Assembly (NCBI GenBank): GCA_951406725.2
Contig: OX597830.1
Span: 3,224,001-3,288,000 of the forward strand
Length of the DNA stretch: 64,000 nucleotides
Source of the DNA: Octopus vulgaris
Taxonomy: Eukaryota
Direction of reading: 5' to 3'
Below, in pieces: positions 11,480 to 23,896 of this stretch. Numbering within the stretch: position 1 is the first letter of the stretch; each line of letters opens with the position of its first letter. The notes under the pieces are model-generated. The model was given only the letters and a program-made list of their open reading frames with translations. It was not told where the DNA came from and did no database searches. The position numbers and the translations under genes were made by a program.

Positions 11480-13867
11480 AATTTGCTAATGTTCTGCACC
11501 ATGAGAACCAAAGACTTCAGTGTGTGAGAGAGAATCGTGATGTGGTAGCAGAGAAATGTGTTCGCATGGATGATGGTTCACTTGCACTAAATGAGGATGC
11601 AAAGAGAGAGGTTTGGAGACGCCACTATGAAAGGTTGCTGAATAAAGAAAATGAATGGGATAAAGAGAGTCTGCCGAATGTCAACCCAACAGAGGGACCA
11701 GCTATCCGAGTTGACAGTTCTTTGGTAGTTAAGGCAATTAGAAGCATGAAGACAGGGAAAGCGCCAGGCACATCAGGAATTACTGCAGAGATGCTCAAAA
11801 TATCTGGTAGTGTCGGTATTAGCCTAGTCAGCCGTATAGTTAACCAGGTGATACACGAAGGAGTCATACCCAATGTCTGGTGTAGCAGCATAATAGTCAA
11901 CTGCTACAAAGGTAAAGGTGACGCCCTAGATACAAATAAGAGGTATCAAGCTGTTGGATCAGGTAATGAAGGTCACAGAGAGGGTCATAGCCCAACTAAT
12001 TAGAGAGAGAGTTAGTTTGGATGAGATGCAGTTTGGTTTCGTGCCAGGAAAAGTACTACGGATGCTATATTCCAGGTAAGGCAGCTGCAGGAGAAATACC
12101 TAGCCAAAGATAAGCCCCTGTATCTGACTTTCGTTGACATGGAGAAAGCCTTCGATAGGGTCTCCTGATCCCTTATCTGGTGGTCTATGAGGAAACTAGG
12201 GATAGATGAATGGTTAGTGAGAGCTGTGCGAGCCATGTTACAGGGACGCGGCTAGTAAGGTGAGGGTTCGCAATGAGTACAGTGAAGAATTCTGGGTAGA
12301 GGTACGGGTTCACCAAGGTTCAGTCCTCAGCCCCCTCCTATTTATCATATTCCTCCAGACAAAAATGGAGGAATTCAAGACAGGATGCCCCTGGGAGCTC
12401 CTCTATGCTGATGACCTTGCTCTAATTGCTGAGTCACTATCAGAACTGGAGGAGAAGTTTCAGGTGCGGAAGCAAGGATTAGAATCGAAGGGCCTTAGAG
12501 TCAACCTAGCTAAAACCAAAGTCCTAATAAGTAGGAAGGTAGACAAATCACAAACGCCTTCAGGTAGATGGCCCTGCTCGATCTGTAGAAAAGGCATAGG
12601 TAGAAACTCAATAAGATGAACCAAGTGTAAGCTTTGGACACATAAGAGGTGTAGCAATGTCAAAGGAAGGCTAACTAGGAAGATAGTTTTTGTATGTGTC
12701 AGATGCTCAGGAGCAATAAACACTGAAAATTGTCTGAGACCAATTTCTGCCACATTCCAGGGAGAAAAACTAGAAATAGTTGATAGCTTCCATTACCTAG
12801 ATGACCAAGTCAGTAGCGGGGACAGGTGTGCTGAAAGTGTAACTGCTAGAGTAAGAATAGCTTGGGCAAAGTTCAGAGAGCTCTTACCTCTGCTGGTGAC
12901 TAAAGGCCTCTCGCTCAGAGTAAAAGGCAGACTGTATGACGCATGTGTACAAACAGCCATGCTACATGGCAGTGAAACATGGGCTGTGACTGCTGAGGAT
13001 ATGCGTAAGCTCGCGAGAAATGAAGCCAGTATGCTCCAATGGATGTGTAATGTCAGTGTGCATACTCGACAGAGTGTAAGTACCTTGAGAGAAAATTTGG
13101 ACCTAAGAAGCATCAGTTGTGGTGTGCAAGAGAGACGTTTGTGCTGGTACGGTCATGTGGCAAGAATGGATGTCGATAGTTGTGTGAAAAAGTGCCACAC
13201 CCTAGCGGTTGAGGGAACCTGTGGAAGTGACAGACCCAGGAAAATCTGGGATGAGGTGGTGAAGCACGACCTTCGAACTTTAGGTCTCACCGAGGAAATG
13301 ACTAGAGACCGAGACATTTGGAAGTATGCTGTGCGTGAGAAGACCCTGCAGGACAAGTGAGACCGTAACCCGTGGCCTCTACTTGGGATGTAGCCAGTCC
13401 ACTTAATCATACCTTTCCTTCTTGGGACACAAAACTCTACTTGTGAAGACATGTTGAGGCAAGTGAGAAATCAGAATCAGAATCAAAATCAAAATCAAAA
13501 TCGAAATCAAAATCGATCAACATCGATGGAAATTGCAGCTGTGATACCAGTGCCTGTGGTACATAAGAGAACCATCCAAACGTGGCCATTGCCAGCTCCG
13601 CCCCAATTGGCCTCATGCCAGTGGCATGTAAAAAGCACCATCCGATCGTGTCCGTTGCCAGCCTCGCCTGGCTCCCGTGCCGGTGGCACGTAAAGAATAC
13701 CCACTACACTCACGGAGTGGTTGGCATTCGGAAGGGCATCTAGCCGTAGAAACATTACCAGATCAGACTGGGCCTGGTGCAGCCTTCTAGCTTGCCAGAC
13801 CCCAGTTGAACTGTCCAACCCTTGCTAGCATGGAAAGCAGATGCTAAACGATGATGATGATGATGAT
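11479..13867 (+). mobile_element. RTE-clade LINE, 5'-truncated copy 1 (defective)
   Basis: Frameshifted RT (KAPG.SGITAEMLK, VHQGSVLSPLLF, ELLYADD), PHD-like finger, C-terminal RPRK.W motif, 3' UTR subrepeats and (GAT)n tail. Flanked on both sides by (TA)n. Confidence 0.93.
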
Positions 13868-14289
13868 ATATATGTATATATAAAGTGTATATATATTATT
13901 TATTTATATATGTGTGTATTTATACATGTATACATATGTGTATATATATATGTGTGTGTATATGTATATGTATATATATATATGCATGTATGTATGTTTC
14001 TTTGTATGTATATATATATATAGAGAGAGAGAGATAATATATATATTATTTATATATATATATAAATAATACATATATATTATTTATATATATGCATGTA
14101 TATATATATATGTGTGTGTATGTATATGTATATATATATGTGTGTGTGTGTGTGTATGTATATGTATATATATGTGTGTGTGTGTGTGTATGTATATGTA
14201 TATATATATGTGTGTGTGTGTGTATGTATATGTATATATATAATGTGTGTGTGTGTGTGTGTGTGTACGTATATGTATATATATATATA
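13868..14289 (+). repeat. Compound (TA)/(GT)/(TATG) microsatellite
   Basis: Low-complexity tract directly after the RTE tail. Confidence 0.9.
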
Positions 14290-14490
14290 CAGGGTGCAAT
14301 GGGTAAATTGTTGCCATTTTATATTTTTAATTTTGGGCATGCACATTGTTTATTTTTGATTTTGTTGACTACACAGTATAGTAGAGTCAGTTGGGCACCG
14401 TCTGTGAGAAAAACAGCACCATGATGCAATTCACTCTACCAGAAACTTGGATACGACATGCTGTGCTGCTTGGCATTCACGCCAGTAGCA
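14288..14490 (+). mobile_element. 5' end of a Tc1/mariner (maT-like) DNA transposon
   Basis: Starts TA|CAGGGTG inside a (TA)n tract. A transposase-like start MMQFTLPETWIRHAVLLGIHASS follows, then similarity is lost. Confidence 0.55.
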
Positions 14491-17400
14491 CTAATCCTTC
14501 CATCCTGCCCTTGAATACTCCTGTGCTACCTTTAACTCTTCTGTTGAATTTCTTGACATTTCTGTCAGCATCCACTGTTCTGCTCTCACTGCCTCCATCC
14601 ACAACAAACACACTCCTACCTTAACTTCTCCTCTTCCCACCCTACCCACACCAAGCTCTCCATTCCCTACTTCCAATTTATCCATCTACGCAGGCTCTGC
14701 AATAAAGACCATGACTTTGAGACTCAGTCACAACTCATGGCCATTGAAAAACATGGCCACATCCTTTGTGCTGAAACAAACAAAAGAACAGAAGAATCTG
14801 TACACACACACACACACATCAAGCATCATCATCAACATTTTGGCATCTGCTTTTCCATGCTTGAATGAGTCAGGTGGAATCTATAACTAGATGCCATATT
14901 TCCCATTGCCAACCTTCCTTCACCCGTTTCCCAGCAAAGTAATCTTTCCCCAAATGCAGACATGATTTCACAGACTATTGCAAGGGACTGATACCTGCTT
15001 ACAAGACAGAAGCAATCTTCTCAACCACACAGCCGCATGTGTGTGTGTGTGTGCGTGCACATATGTATGTACAATTATTTAGCCCCTGGTCAGCCCTTAT
15101 AGAGTAGGCCTATGACCAAAAGTATTCTGTCTTTCTGCATCTCACACATGCAGTAATCATGTGGTTACATAAGTATAACATTCATTTTATTGCACAACAT
15201 CATTGAATTTTGAAGGAGAAATAATTTGATCTTCATGTTAACAACAACAGAATTGTGTTTCCTGAGAAGTCTGTAAAAAAAGAAATATCCAGTTTGGAAG
15301 TTTCTTGCGTGAGTCTTTTGTTTAAAGTTCCTATTCTTAGCAGTGGAATGTTGTCCTCTACATTTTACAACTTTGAATTCCAAAATATCTATTAGCAGCC
15401 GTTGGCAATTTAATGGATTTATGCTCCCATGCCATGCTTGATAATACAAGTTGCTGGAATAAATTTGGATTAATTCAGCAAAGGACAAATACATTTTTCC
15501 ACCTGAACATAAGAATATAAAGTATTGTTAATGATTCCTGAAAGGGTTAATTATATAATTTTACAAGAATAACATCGGGAATATAGAATCACCATTTTTA
15601 GTATCCTTAAAACAACTTGTAACTTTGTGACCAAACACCATATTACATGGCATCACACATCTACTAAGACTGAATTAGTCAATTATTTTAATCGTGTGAT
15701 GCAAACAGTCAATGTTAAGTAGGACACCATGGGAGGAAATCATCCGGTTGTGTTGGTTGCTGTGTAATTTTCATAAAATTTACATAATTAAATTTTATTG
15801 GCAGGAGCTTAAGTATAAAGGACTAAACTAGACTTTTAAATCGAAGGCAGGTTTTAGCAGTGTTGCTGTTGGTGTTATTTTTTAGCCCCAGGTCACCTTC
15901 AATCAAAGAAGTTCACACCATGATCATGCCTTTTTTTGAGAAATATGCCCATGACTAAATTATCAAATAGGCAAGGAATGATAGAGAGTGATTTGAGGAA
16001 GATTTGGCTGCTATATATAGCAGGTTGAACTACATTATACTATGTGTCCTTTCCTCATTTAAGATGATAGGATGTAGTTAGTTTTAAGGAGATTTAGTTG
16101 CTATTTCTAGAAGATCAAGCAGCCATAAAATGGCTCCCACATTCTTTTTCTTTTTCTTGAATTACGGGGTACCATAGTACACTGAGCCATTTATTGAGGT
16201 CCCAGATCAGGTTTATTTCTTTCTTCATGTTGAGTGTAATGTTGGTTTCAAATTTAGGCACGAGGCCAGCAATTTCAGGAGAGGGGGTTAAGCTGAATAC
16301 ATTGGCTCCAAGTACATAACTGGTAATTATTCTATTGACCCTGAAAAGATGAAAGGCAAAGTCAACCTCAAAGGAATTTGAAATCAAAATGCATGCTCAG
16401 TGTAATATTTCCAAAAACACCAACCAACAACAGATTTGGTTTTGTGAAGGTAAAAATGGTCTTAGGCTAATTTTCAGCCACTGATTCCAAATATGACATT
16501 GTTTTTTTTTTCAACTTGAAATGGTAAGTACGATACCTATAAACAAGCATCACAATAACCTTCCATTCCAATCTTCCACAAAAACATGTTCAGCCACTAA
16601 AAAATATCTTGCTTGGAAACAGGTGAGGTTTGGTGACTTAAAGAGCATCTGAGCTTGATTTCTTGTGAGCCATGCAAGCATGGGTAAATGGACACTAAAA
16701 CAAAGATGATGATGATGATGATGATGGTTTGAGAGCTGGAGGAGATTTAGCTGGTATATCTAGCAACCACTTTGACTCGAGTCATCTGCAATGGCAGATG
16801 AATGAGTTGTGTGAAATGTATGAGAAATTTGAGCAAACACATAAGAGACTTTATGCTTGTCAAGAGAGGAATTAAATGCGAATTTTATGGTATTCCTATA
16901 ATGCCAGAAACAAAATCTCTGTGAGTCTCAGCAGGAAAATATATTTATTAGAAATAATCATTCTGAAAATGAATATGGCTGAACATTAGAGAAAATTGTC
17001 AACATGTTTGTAATTGCGTTTACTGGCGAAGTACTTGAGATATAATTTAAAGACATGATTATTATTATTATTATTATTTCCATCATCATCATTGTCGTCA
17101 TTCTTCTTCTTATTATTATTATCGTTAGTTTTCTTCTTTCAGTTTCGTTTCCAACAGTTATTATCATTATTGTTATTGTTACATCTACATTGATATCCAA
17201 TATATTTAAGATGTCACTTAACATCATATACACATCAACTACCAAACTCCACATCTCAGTTTACGTATGGCTCAAAAAGAATTTCGTATTTCTTCAAATT
17301 AATGTTAATCTGTGACATTTCGCTGTATTTTAAATAGTGTTGGGCTTACAAATTGGTAAAAATTTGCAATTAAGATTTTAATCTTCCAATTTCACCAAAA

Positions 17401-17697
17401 GTTTTCATAATATTTGTATTATTCCACGCCAGCATTAGACACCTGCTTTAAAGAACTAAATATTAGATTTTTCTCTCTATTACACATTGTGTAAATCTTA
17501 ATTACAAACTTAATATTCTAGTTCTACAATCTTAATTATGTTTCTGCAAAACAAGAAAAGCGACATTTTCTGTTCTACTGGTAAAATCACAAATATATGG
17601 AATGGTTTTAAGGTCTTCTGAGAAAATTATTTTGTGATTTTTTTTTCTATTGTTTTCAATTTTTTATTAAAACAATTTTCCAAACTGAAAATAAAAT

Positions 17698-17890
17698 TGG
17701 TGCAGCTGTGGCAGAGTGGTAAGAAATTTTGCTTTCCAAACACATCACTCTGGTTCAGTCCCACTGCATTGCACCTTAGTCTTCTATTATAGCCTCAGGA
17801 CAGCTAAAGCCTTGTCAATGGATTTGGCAGATGGAAACTGAAAGAAGCCCATTGTGTGTGTGTATGGTTGTCTGTGTTTGTTCCCTGTAC
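17698..17890 (+). mobile_element. CORE-like tRNA SINE family A, 5' half
   Basis: gtggcagagtggtaagaa...ggttcagtcccactgc...cttctattatagcctca...gatttggcagatggaaactgaaagaagccc, shared with the full copies at 43265 and 50775. Confidence 0.75.
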
Positions 17891-17965
17891 TCATGACACT
17901 AAAGAGAGAATAGATTATTTATTTCCTTCAATTTAATGGTATGTGAAAACATGCAGGTAATTACG

Positions 17966-18012
<47 letters not shown>

Positions 18013-19498
18013 ATGTAGTATAGAACTGGTCAGTACAGAAAGCAATGCCATCTTAATTCCCTCTGGAGGAATAAACTGGAGACAGACTTCTGTGTGCAGG
18101 TGTGTCTGAGAGTCTTTTATCTCTGGTGACAAAAGATCCAGGTACACAAAGAGTATGTGGTGCTGTAGAAGAATATGGCAATAAATGGTGTTCGGGGCTG
18201 AGAGATGAAAGAATAGAATGGAAGTGAGGGGTAGCGTCAGGGAAGGAAGAGAAAGAGAAAGAGAGAGACGAGAGGAGACAGACAGACAGATAGATAGAGT
18301 GAGTGAGAGAGAGATTAATGGAACCGGTAGCGTACGACACACTCGTATAATATATATGAACAGAGATGAAAACTAAAAGGTGTCGTTTTATTACCACCGG
18401 TCAGTTTATGAATTCAGCAAAAAGGTAAGAAAAGACTTCCATCATTGATACAAAGGCTTTTGCAGCTGAGAAGATTCACGGAATATTTTTGGTTTCTTTT
18501 TGAGCAGATTTTCCGAAATCTTTTGGAAGAAATTGTTGCAAATATCTGTTTCAACTGAAATATTTTCGTGTTTGATTCAAAGACAGATTTCTGCCCCAAC
18601 CCCACCTTCAGATAGAAATGGATAACTTCTAATGAAATTGTCTCCGAATATGTGTTATATCATGTAGATTCCGAATATACAAAATTTTGGAGGAAAGTAT
18701 TTTAGGAGGAGTTTTGGTGGGGAATTTCGGAGAATTTACTGGAGTTCACTTCAGTTTGTCTTAACTTTCAAGAAAATGGATATTTTTTAATGAAATTCTC
18801 TACAAATAAACTGAAGACATAGGAATTTTGGGGGCTATTTTTGAGAACTGTTCCTGACTCGCAGGTGTTTCTGAACAAGTCGTCCATATTTGTTTTATTT
18901 TCTCCTTTTTGTGCGTTTGTGCATCCGTAGATTTCTACTGAAGCAACAAACAGGCAACGAAGGCAAATGAAACCCCCACCAGGAAACTCGTTATGCTAGC
19001 AATAATAGCTAAAGGTCTGCTGCACAGAAATATGTTATGAAGACGACTTATCTACTATTTTCACACAATGACAGTTTCTCTTAACATGTCTGGTGCCTTA
19101 AGCATAATCTTCAGGTAATGCCAACATGGCATAACGAGCAAAAAATAGGACAATGGGACGAGAGAAGAAAAACAAGAAAAGGTGTAAAAAGTGGAAGGTT
19201 GAAAAACGGGAAAAGAAAAAAGGCAGCAGAAAGAAGCAAAAGGGATCAAATTAGAGTTATGAACCCTTTGACTGTTAACTATAAGGTCCGAAGGGTAGTG
19301 GCTTTGCATCTACGGCCCATTGCTAATACAAAACATACTTTTCAAGTCTAAGCACTCTACCACACTGCTGGATTCTAGATCTGAAATATTTTAGCTATTG
19401 TAAATATATGGCTATGTTCCTGTTTGCTAAGTTAAAAGTACCACTCTCCCAAATTGACCCACTGTACTACAGAGAAGGGAACATGAAACATGAAAGTT

Positions 19499-20059
19499 TG
19501 GGTCTGGGAAGCCAGGAGGCTGCAGCAGGCTCCAGTCTGATTTGGCAATGTTTCTACAGCTGGATGCCCTTCCTAACGCCAAACACTCTTTGAGTGTAGT
19601 AGATTCTTTTTACATGCCACCAGCACAGGGGCCAGAGGAGGGCTGGAAAAGGCCATGATCGGTTGATGTTTCTTTATGTGCCACCGGCATAGATACTAGT
19701 CAAGGCTGACATCGGCCATGTTCAGATGGTGCTTTTTACATGCTACCGGCACGGGTATCACAACTACAATTTCCATTTGATTTTTATTTTGATGCTGATG
19801 TACTTGACTCAATAGGTCTCCTCAAGCACAGCTGGTTGCCCTACGAGCCAAAGTAAGCACAGCAGGCCGTCTTGTGAGCCATGGACTCACTTCATTTGTC
19901 GGGTCTTCACAGGCAAAGCATATCTCCAGAGGTCTCGGTCTTTTGTCATGGCCTCTTCTAAACTTTGCGCATCCACCCCCACTACTAACTTGGTCACCTA
20001 GGTAGCAGAAGCTATCAACTACTTCTAGTTTCTCCCCCTGGAGTGTGATGGAATCTGTT
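19499..20059 (-). mobile_element. RTE LINE 3' fragment with internal deletion
   Basis: The peptide LQGEKLEVVDSFCYLGDQVSSGGGCA is fused directly to the ORF-end/3' UTR sequence at ~19960. Confidence 0.8.
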
Positions 20060-22429
20060 GAAAAAATGCATTGTAAATAAACAACAGATAAAAATGTATA
20101 TGGACGCTGAATATACACATGCATATATTTATATGTGTACACATATATGTATATATGTATATGTATATGTGTGTGGGTGGGTGTGTATATTTATATATAT
20201 TTATATATATACATATGATAAATGAGGAACATAATAACCTTTGAAAATGTAAAATTCTAACGTGTGAAACTAATTAATTCCAGTTTTGAGACTGAAACTC
20301 AATGATAATTCCAAACTCCAGCATCATCTTCGTACTTAGGATAAAATATAAAACCGATATTAATTCATATTTCATGTCATATTTTTAATTCTGAGCTGGC
20401 TTTTAATTCCTATAATAGATAATGTTTTTTAATGAAGCTTCCCTAAATCATTAGCATATCAAAATTCTTAATGAATTAATTAAAAATATAAATCTTCTTG
20501 TTTTTTGGCATTAATTGTTATAAAGCAATGTCTTGTTTTTTGTCTTTTTAAAAGATTAGTAAAATTTTGTTGTCTGTCATTATTTGTACACAATAGTTTA
20601 TTTTCCTGTTTTATGATAAATGCATAAAAAATTGCATATTTTTTGTGGGTTTAGTTTTCAGACATCTTGATAATAAACTGCTCGTTAAAGTATGTTCATT
20701 CTGATAAATTGTCATTAATGTGTAAAATTGCAATTTTCAATGAATTCGTCATATTAATAATCTATTTTACTATTTTCAATGCAAAGATTTGAATGAATTT
20801 TGTCTCAGTATTCCCCCCCCACCCTTCAACTATTCCATTGATTAATAAACAAACAAACAAATAAGTAAATAAAATAAATAAATTTTGAGGATTATTCCCA
20901 TCCGATGTTTTGTTTCTGATTTGCTTCTTCCCTCCATTACTATCATTTTTGAATGTCATCAAATCTAATGATTGTCTCATGAATAAAATTATTCACCAAT
21001 CATAGAATATTTCACAGGATTTTCGCATATTTTCTACCTTGAAGATATTTAGCTTCATTGAGAATATTGAAATATCTTGTTTTTTTCTTTCATTTTCCAC
21101 TGCAGTAAAGTTATTTCAGTGTCATGAAAATCAATGCCAGAGGCAAAAACAAAGTGAAAAAAAGAGAGAAATAAAAGAAAAGAAATCCTAAAAAATGTTT
21201 GAATCTCAAAAAATATTGATGGTTATAATCTTTAAATTTAATTTTCTAAGGATGAGATCTACGAATTGAAAATTTCCCTTTCTTAAGTGACAATTTTAAA
21301 TGTATCTTTAGTTTGAATATATTTACATTATAGATTTGTATGCTTGAAAATATATCTTGTCTTACATTAAGACAATACTGTGGGTTTGAAGCAAGGCTAG
21401 AAATACAGAGAATTAATTGATATTGCCTGTAGTGTGTTACATAATAGAATGAATTGGGAACGGGAAAAAAACTCTCAGAAAATATGCAAAATAAACAAAC
21501 AACAGAACAGTCTGTTCCTATAATAGCTTTTACAAAGCCTAAGTTTGTAGCTTATGCTATTTTCAAATGATACTTTTTATTCTTGGGAAGTAAAATACCA
21601 AAAATAAAAAGAATAAAATATTTTTTTACATATTTATTTTACAGCAAAAAGAATAACAACACTTATATATTCTGAACAAATGATTTATTCAATCATAGCT
21701 TTGTTTTTATATTTTGCTGATCTTAGATTGGCAGCTACATTTCGTATTCAACATGAACATTTTCAAATAAGAAAAATTAATAATAAAATTAATAATAATG
21801 ATTAAATGCAAACTAGAAATCAAGTTAAAGTTTATGATAAGGCTGATTAATGTTTCATGTTAAATTCCGTTAACCAAACTCTAGATGTGTTCGAGTATTC
21901 TTTAATATTTTCCCAATTATAAAATGTCATAAAATATAATAAATCATAGATTCTGCCTGATTTCTTCAAGTGGTCCATTGAATCCAATCATGTCTACCTC
22001 CTCCTGCCGTTCTGTAAGGGTATATTCCAGTCCATAATGGACAGCAATATTTTCAGAAATAGCATATAAATGTTTTTAGTTGGGTGGGGTAGGGTGGGGT
22101 GGGCAATACAAGTATCTTTCAAGGAATAAATTTATTTTATTCTTGTTTTTCATGTTTATGAGTGCAATCTTTCATGTCAAGATTGGGAAATTCCGAGGGG
22201 GAAGGCATGGATGGCTGTGCTATTAAAAATTTTGATTTATGTCTACATGGTTTTGTGCTAAATTTCTTTGCATGACACATTAGGCAAGTGTCTTCTACAT
22301 TCTGTCTCAAGTCGAAGTTTAGTGGAAGATTCGGTGGAAAGAAATGGTTGAAATGTCTACTGGTGAAACCATGTCCTGTCTTTGAGCATTAAATTTGATA
22401 CAACTCCCAGTTTAACACCACCACATGGT

Positions 22430-22612
22430 CAGTGTGTGCCTATTTAAAGGACCTCCACCCACTGCTACGGGTATTTGGACTAGGTCCTTTGTCTAAGGAT
22501 AACTTCTTCCTACAAGTTCCCTCCACTATTTGAGATTGGCACCTCTTGATGTAAATGCCTTTGCTCATATGCCTTACATGACCATACCAGTGCAGTCTTC
22601 TCTCTTGCAGCA
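22430..22612 (-). mobile_element. Decayed RTE C-terminal fragment
   Basis: The reverse complement matches caagagagaagactgcactggtatggtcatgt...gagggaacttgtaggaagaag seen in the other RTE copies. Confidence 0.6.
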
Positions 22613-22861
22613 CTCACAAGGTTTTATTGACCAAAAGCTATGGTGAAAGAATATATCCAAAACGCCCAATAGTGGGAGTGAACCTGGAGTTCTACGAGTG
22701 TGGCTGGAAATTTTTGACCATTCTATTTTTATCGTTTATGTGAAACATTGTGTCTTCTATTTTTAAAACAGAAATGGTGTGATTTAAGGAATATTTGGCT
22801 GCTATTTCTAGCAGACCTATCAACTGTTTAGAGTCTCCCTTATTTGATGTGGTGCTGGTTG

Positions 22862-22893
<32 letters not shown>

Positions 22894-23896
22894 GGTGGCG
22901 GCAGTAGCAATCATTGTTTTTGATGTTGCTTGGCAGACACCCTTGATTGAGCAAATGTGTACCCAGCAGGATTGAACCTCTGATCCTTTCATCTTCAGTT
23001 AAGGAAGAGTACAATCGTAGACCACTTTATACAATGTGTCACATTAGCTGCTCCCTTGTTGGAGATTATTGTTGTTATTCAACACCCAGATCAACTGTGA
23101 CTAAACAGTGCTGTAATCAAATATCTTCCAACCATTCTCTTTCCCTTGGCTGTTGCACATCTGTGACTACACCATCCAATATATCTCTTCTTTCAAAGGA
23201 TGCATTTGAGAGAGATTTGGCTGCTATATCTAGCATATAGAGCAATTACACGGTGGAATTCTTGTTGGCCATTTATAGTAGTTTCTGAATCCAAGAATTC
23301 AATGTTTACCAAAATCCCTTCACATACGCAACAGGGAATGTCATATCTACTTTCTGATCTTTTCTAAAATCATTTATTAATAGTTTCCTCTATGTACTGC
23401 ACCAAATAATTTTATTGGAGAGGAAAGCTGTTTGTCATCATGTTGGGTAGTAGTCTCAACCCAACTAATTTCTCTGTATTAAATATTGATAATAGTAATA
23501 TCAGAGTAGAATAATGTATCTACAACTGAAAATAGCAATTTCAATTCCAGAATGATATGACTACAACTGATAAGAGTAATTTCCTTTCCATATTTAAGCA
23601 GTGGAAAAGACAGTGAATTAAGAACACAGCAATGAAGGATGAATAATTGCTTTGATTCCTTTAATGGTTGAGTTCTGTTAGTACTCTACCTATGGTTTCA
23701 CGCGCATCAAATTTGTATTCAACTTCAGTTTATTATGCTGAATGTATTCAGTCTAACAAACATGGCTGAATTAAAAGTCTAGTTCAAACAGTGGTGGAAT
23801 AATTGCAAATATGATTTGCATGAAATCATTGGTACTATACTTACAACTCTCAAGTACTTAATATACATTCATGCATGCATGTATACATTTTAAAGA

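Noticed and set aside
14044-14071. Perfect 28-bp AT palindrome
   Set aside because: Centred on a (TA)n microsatellite; palindromy is largely a by-product of low complexity.
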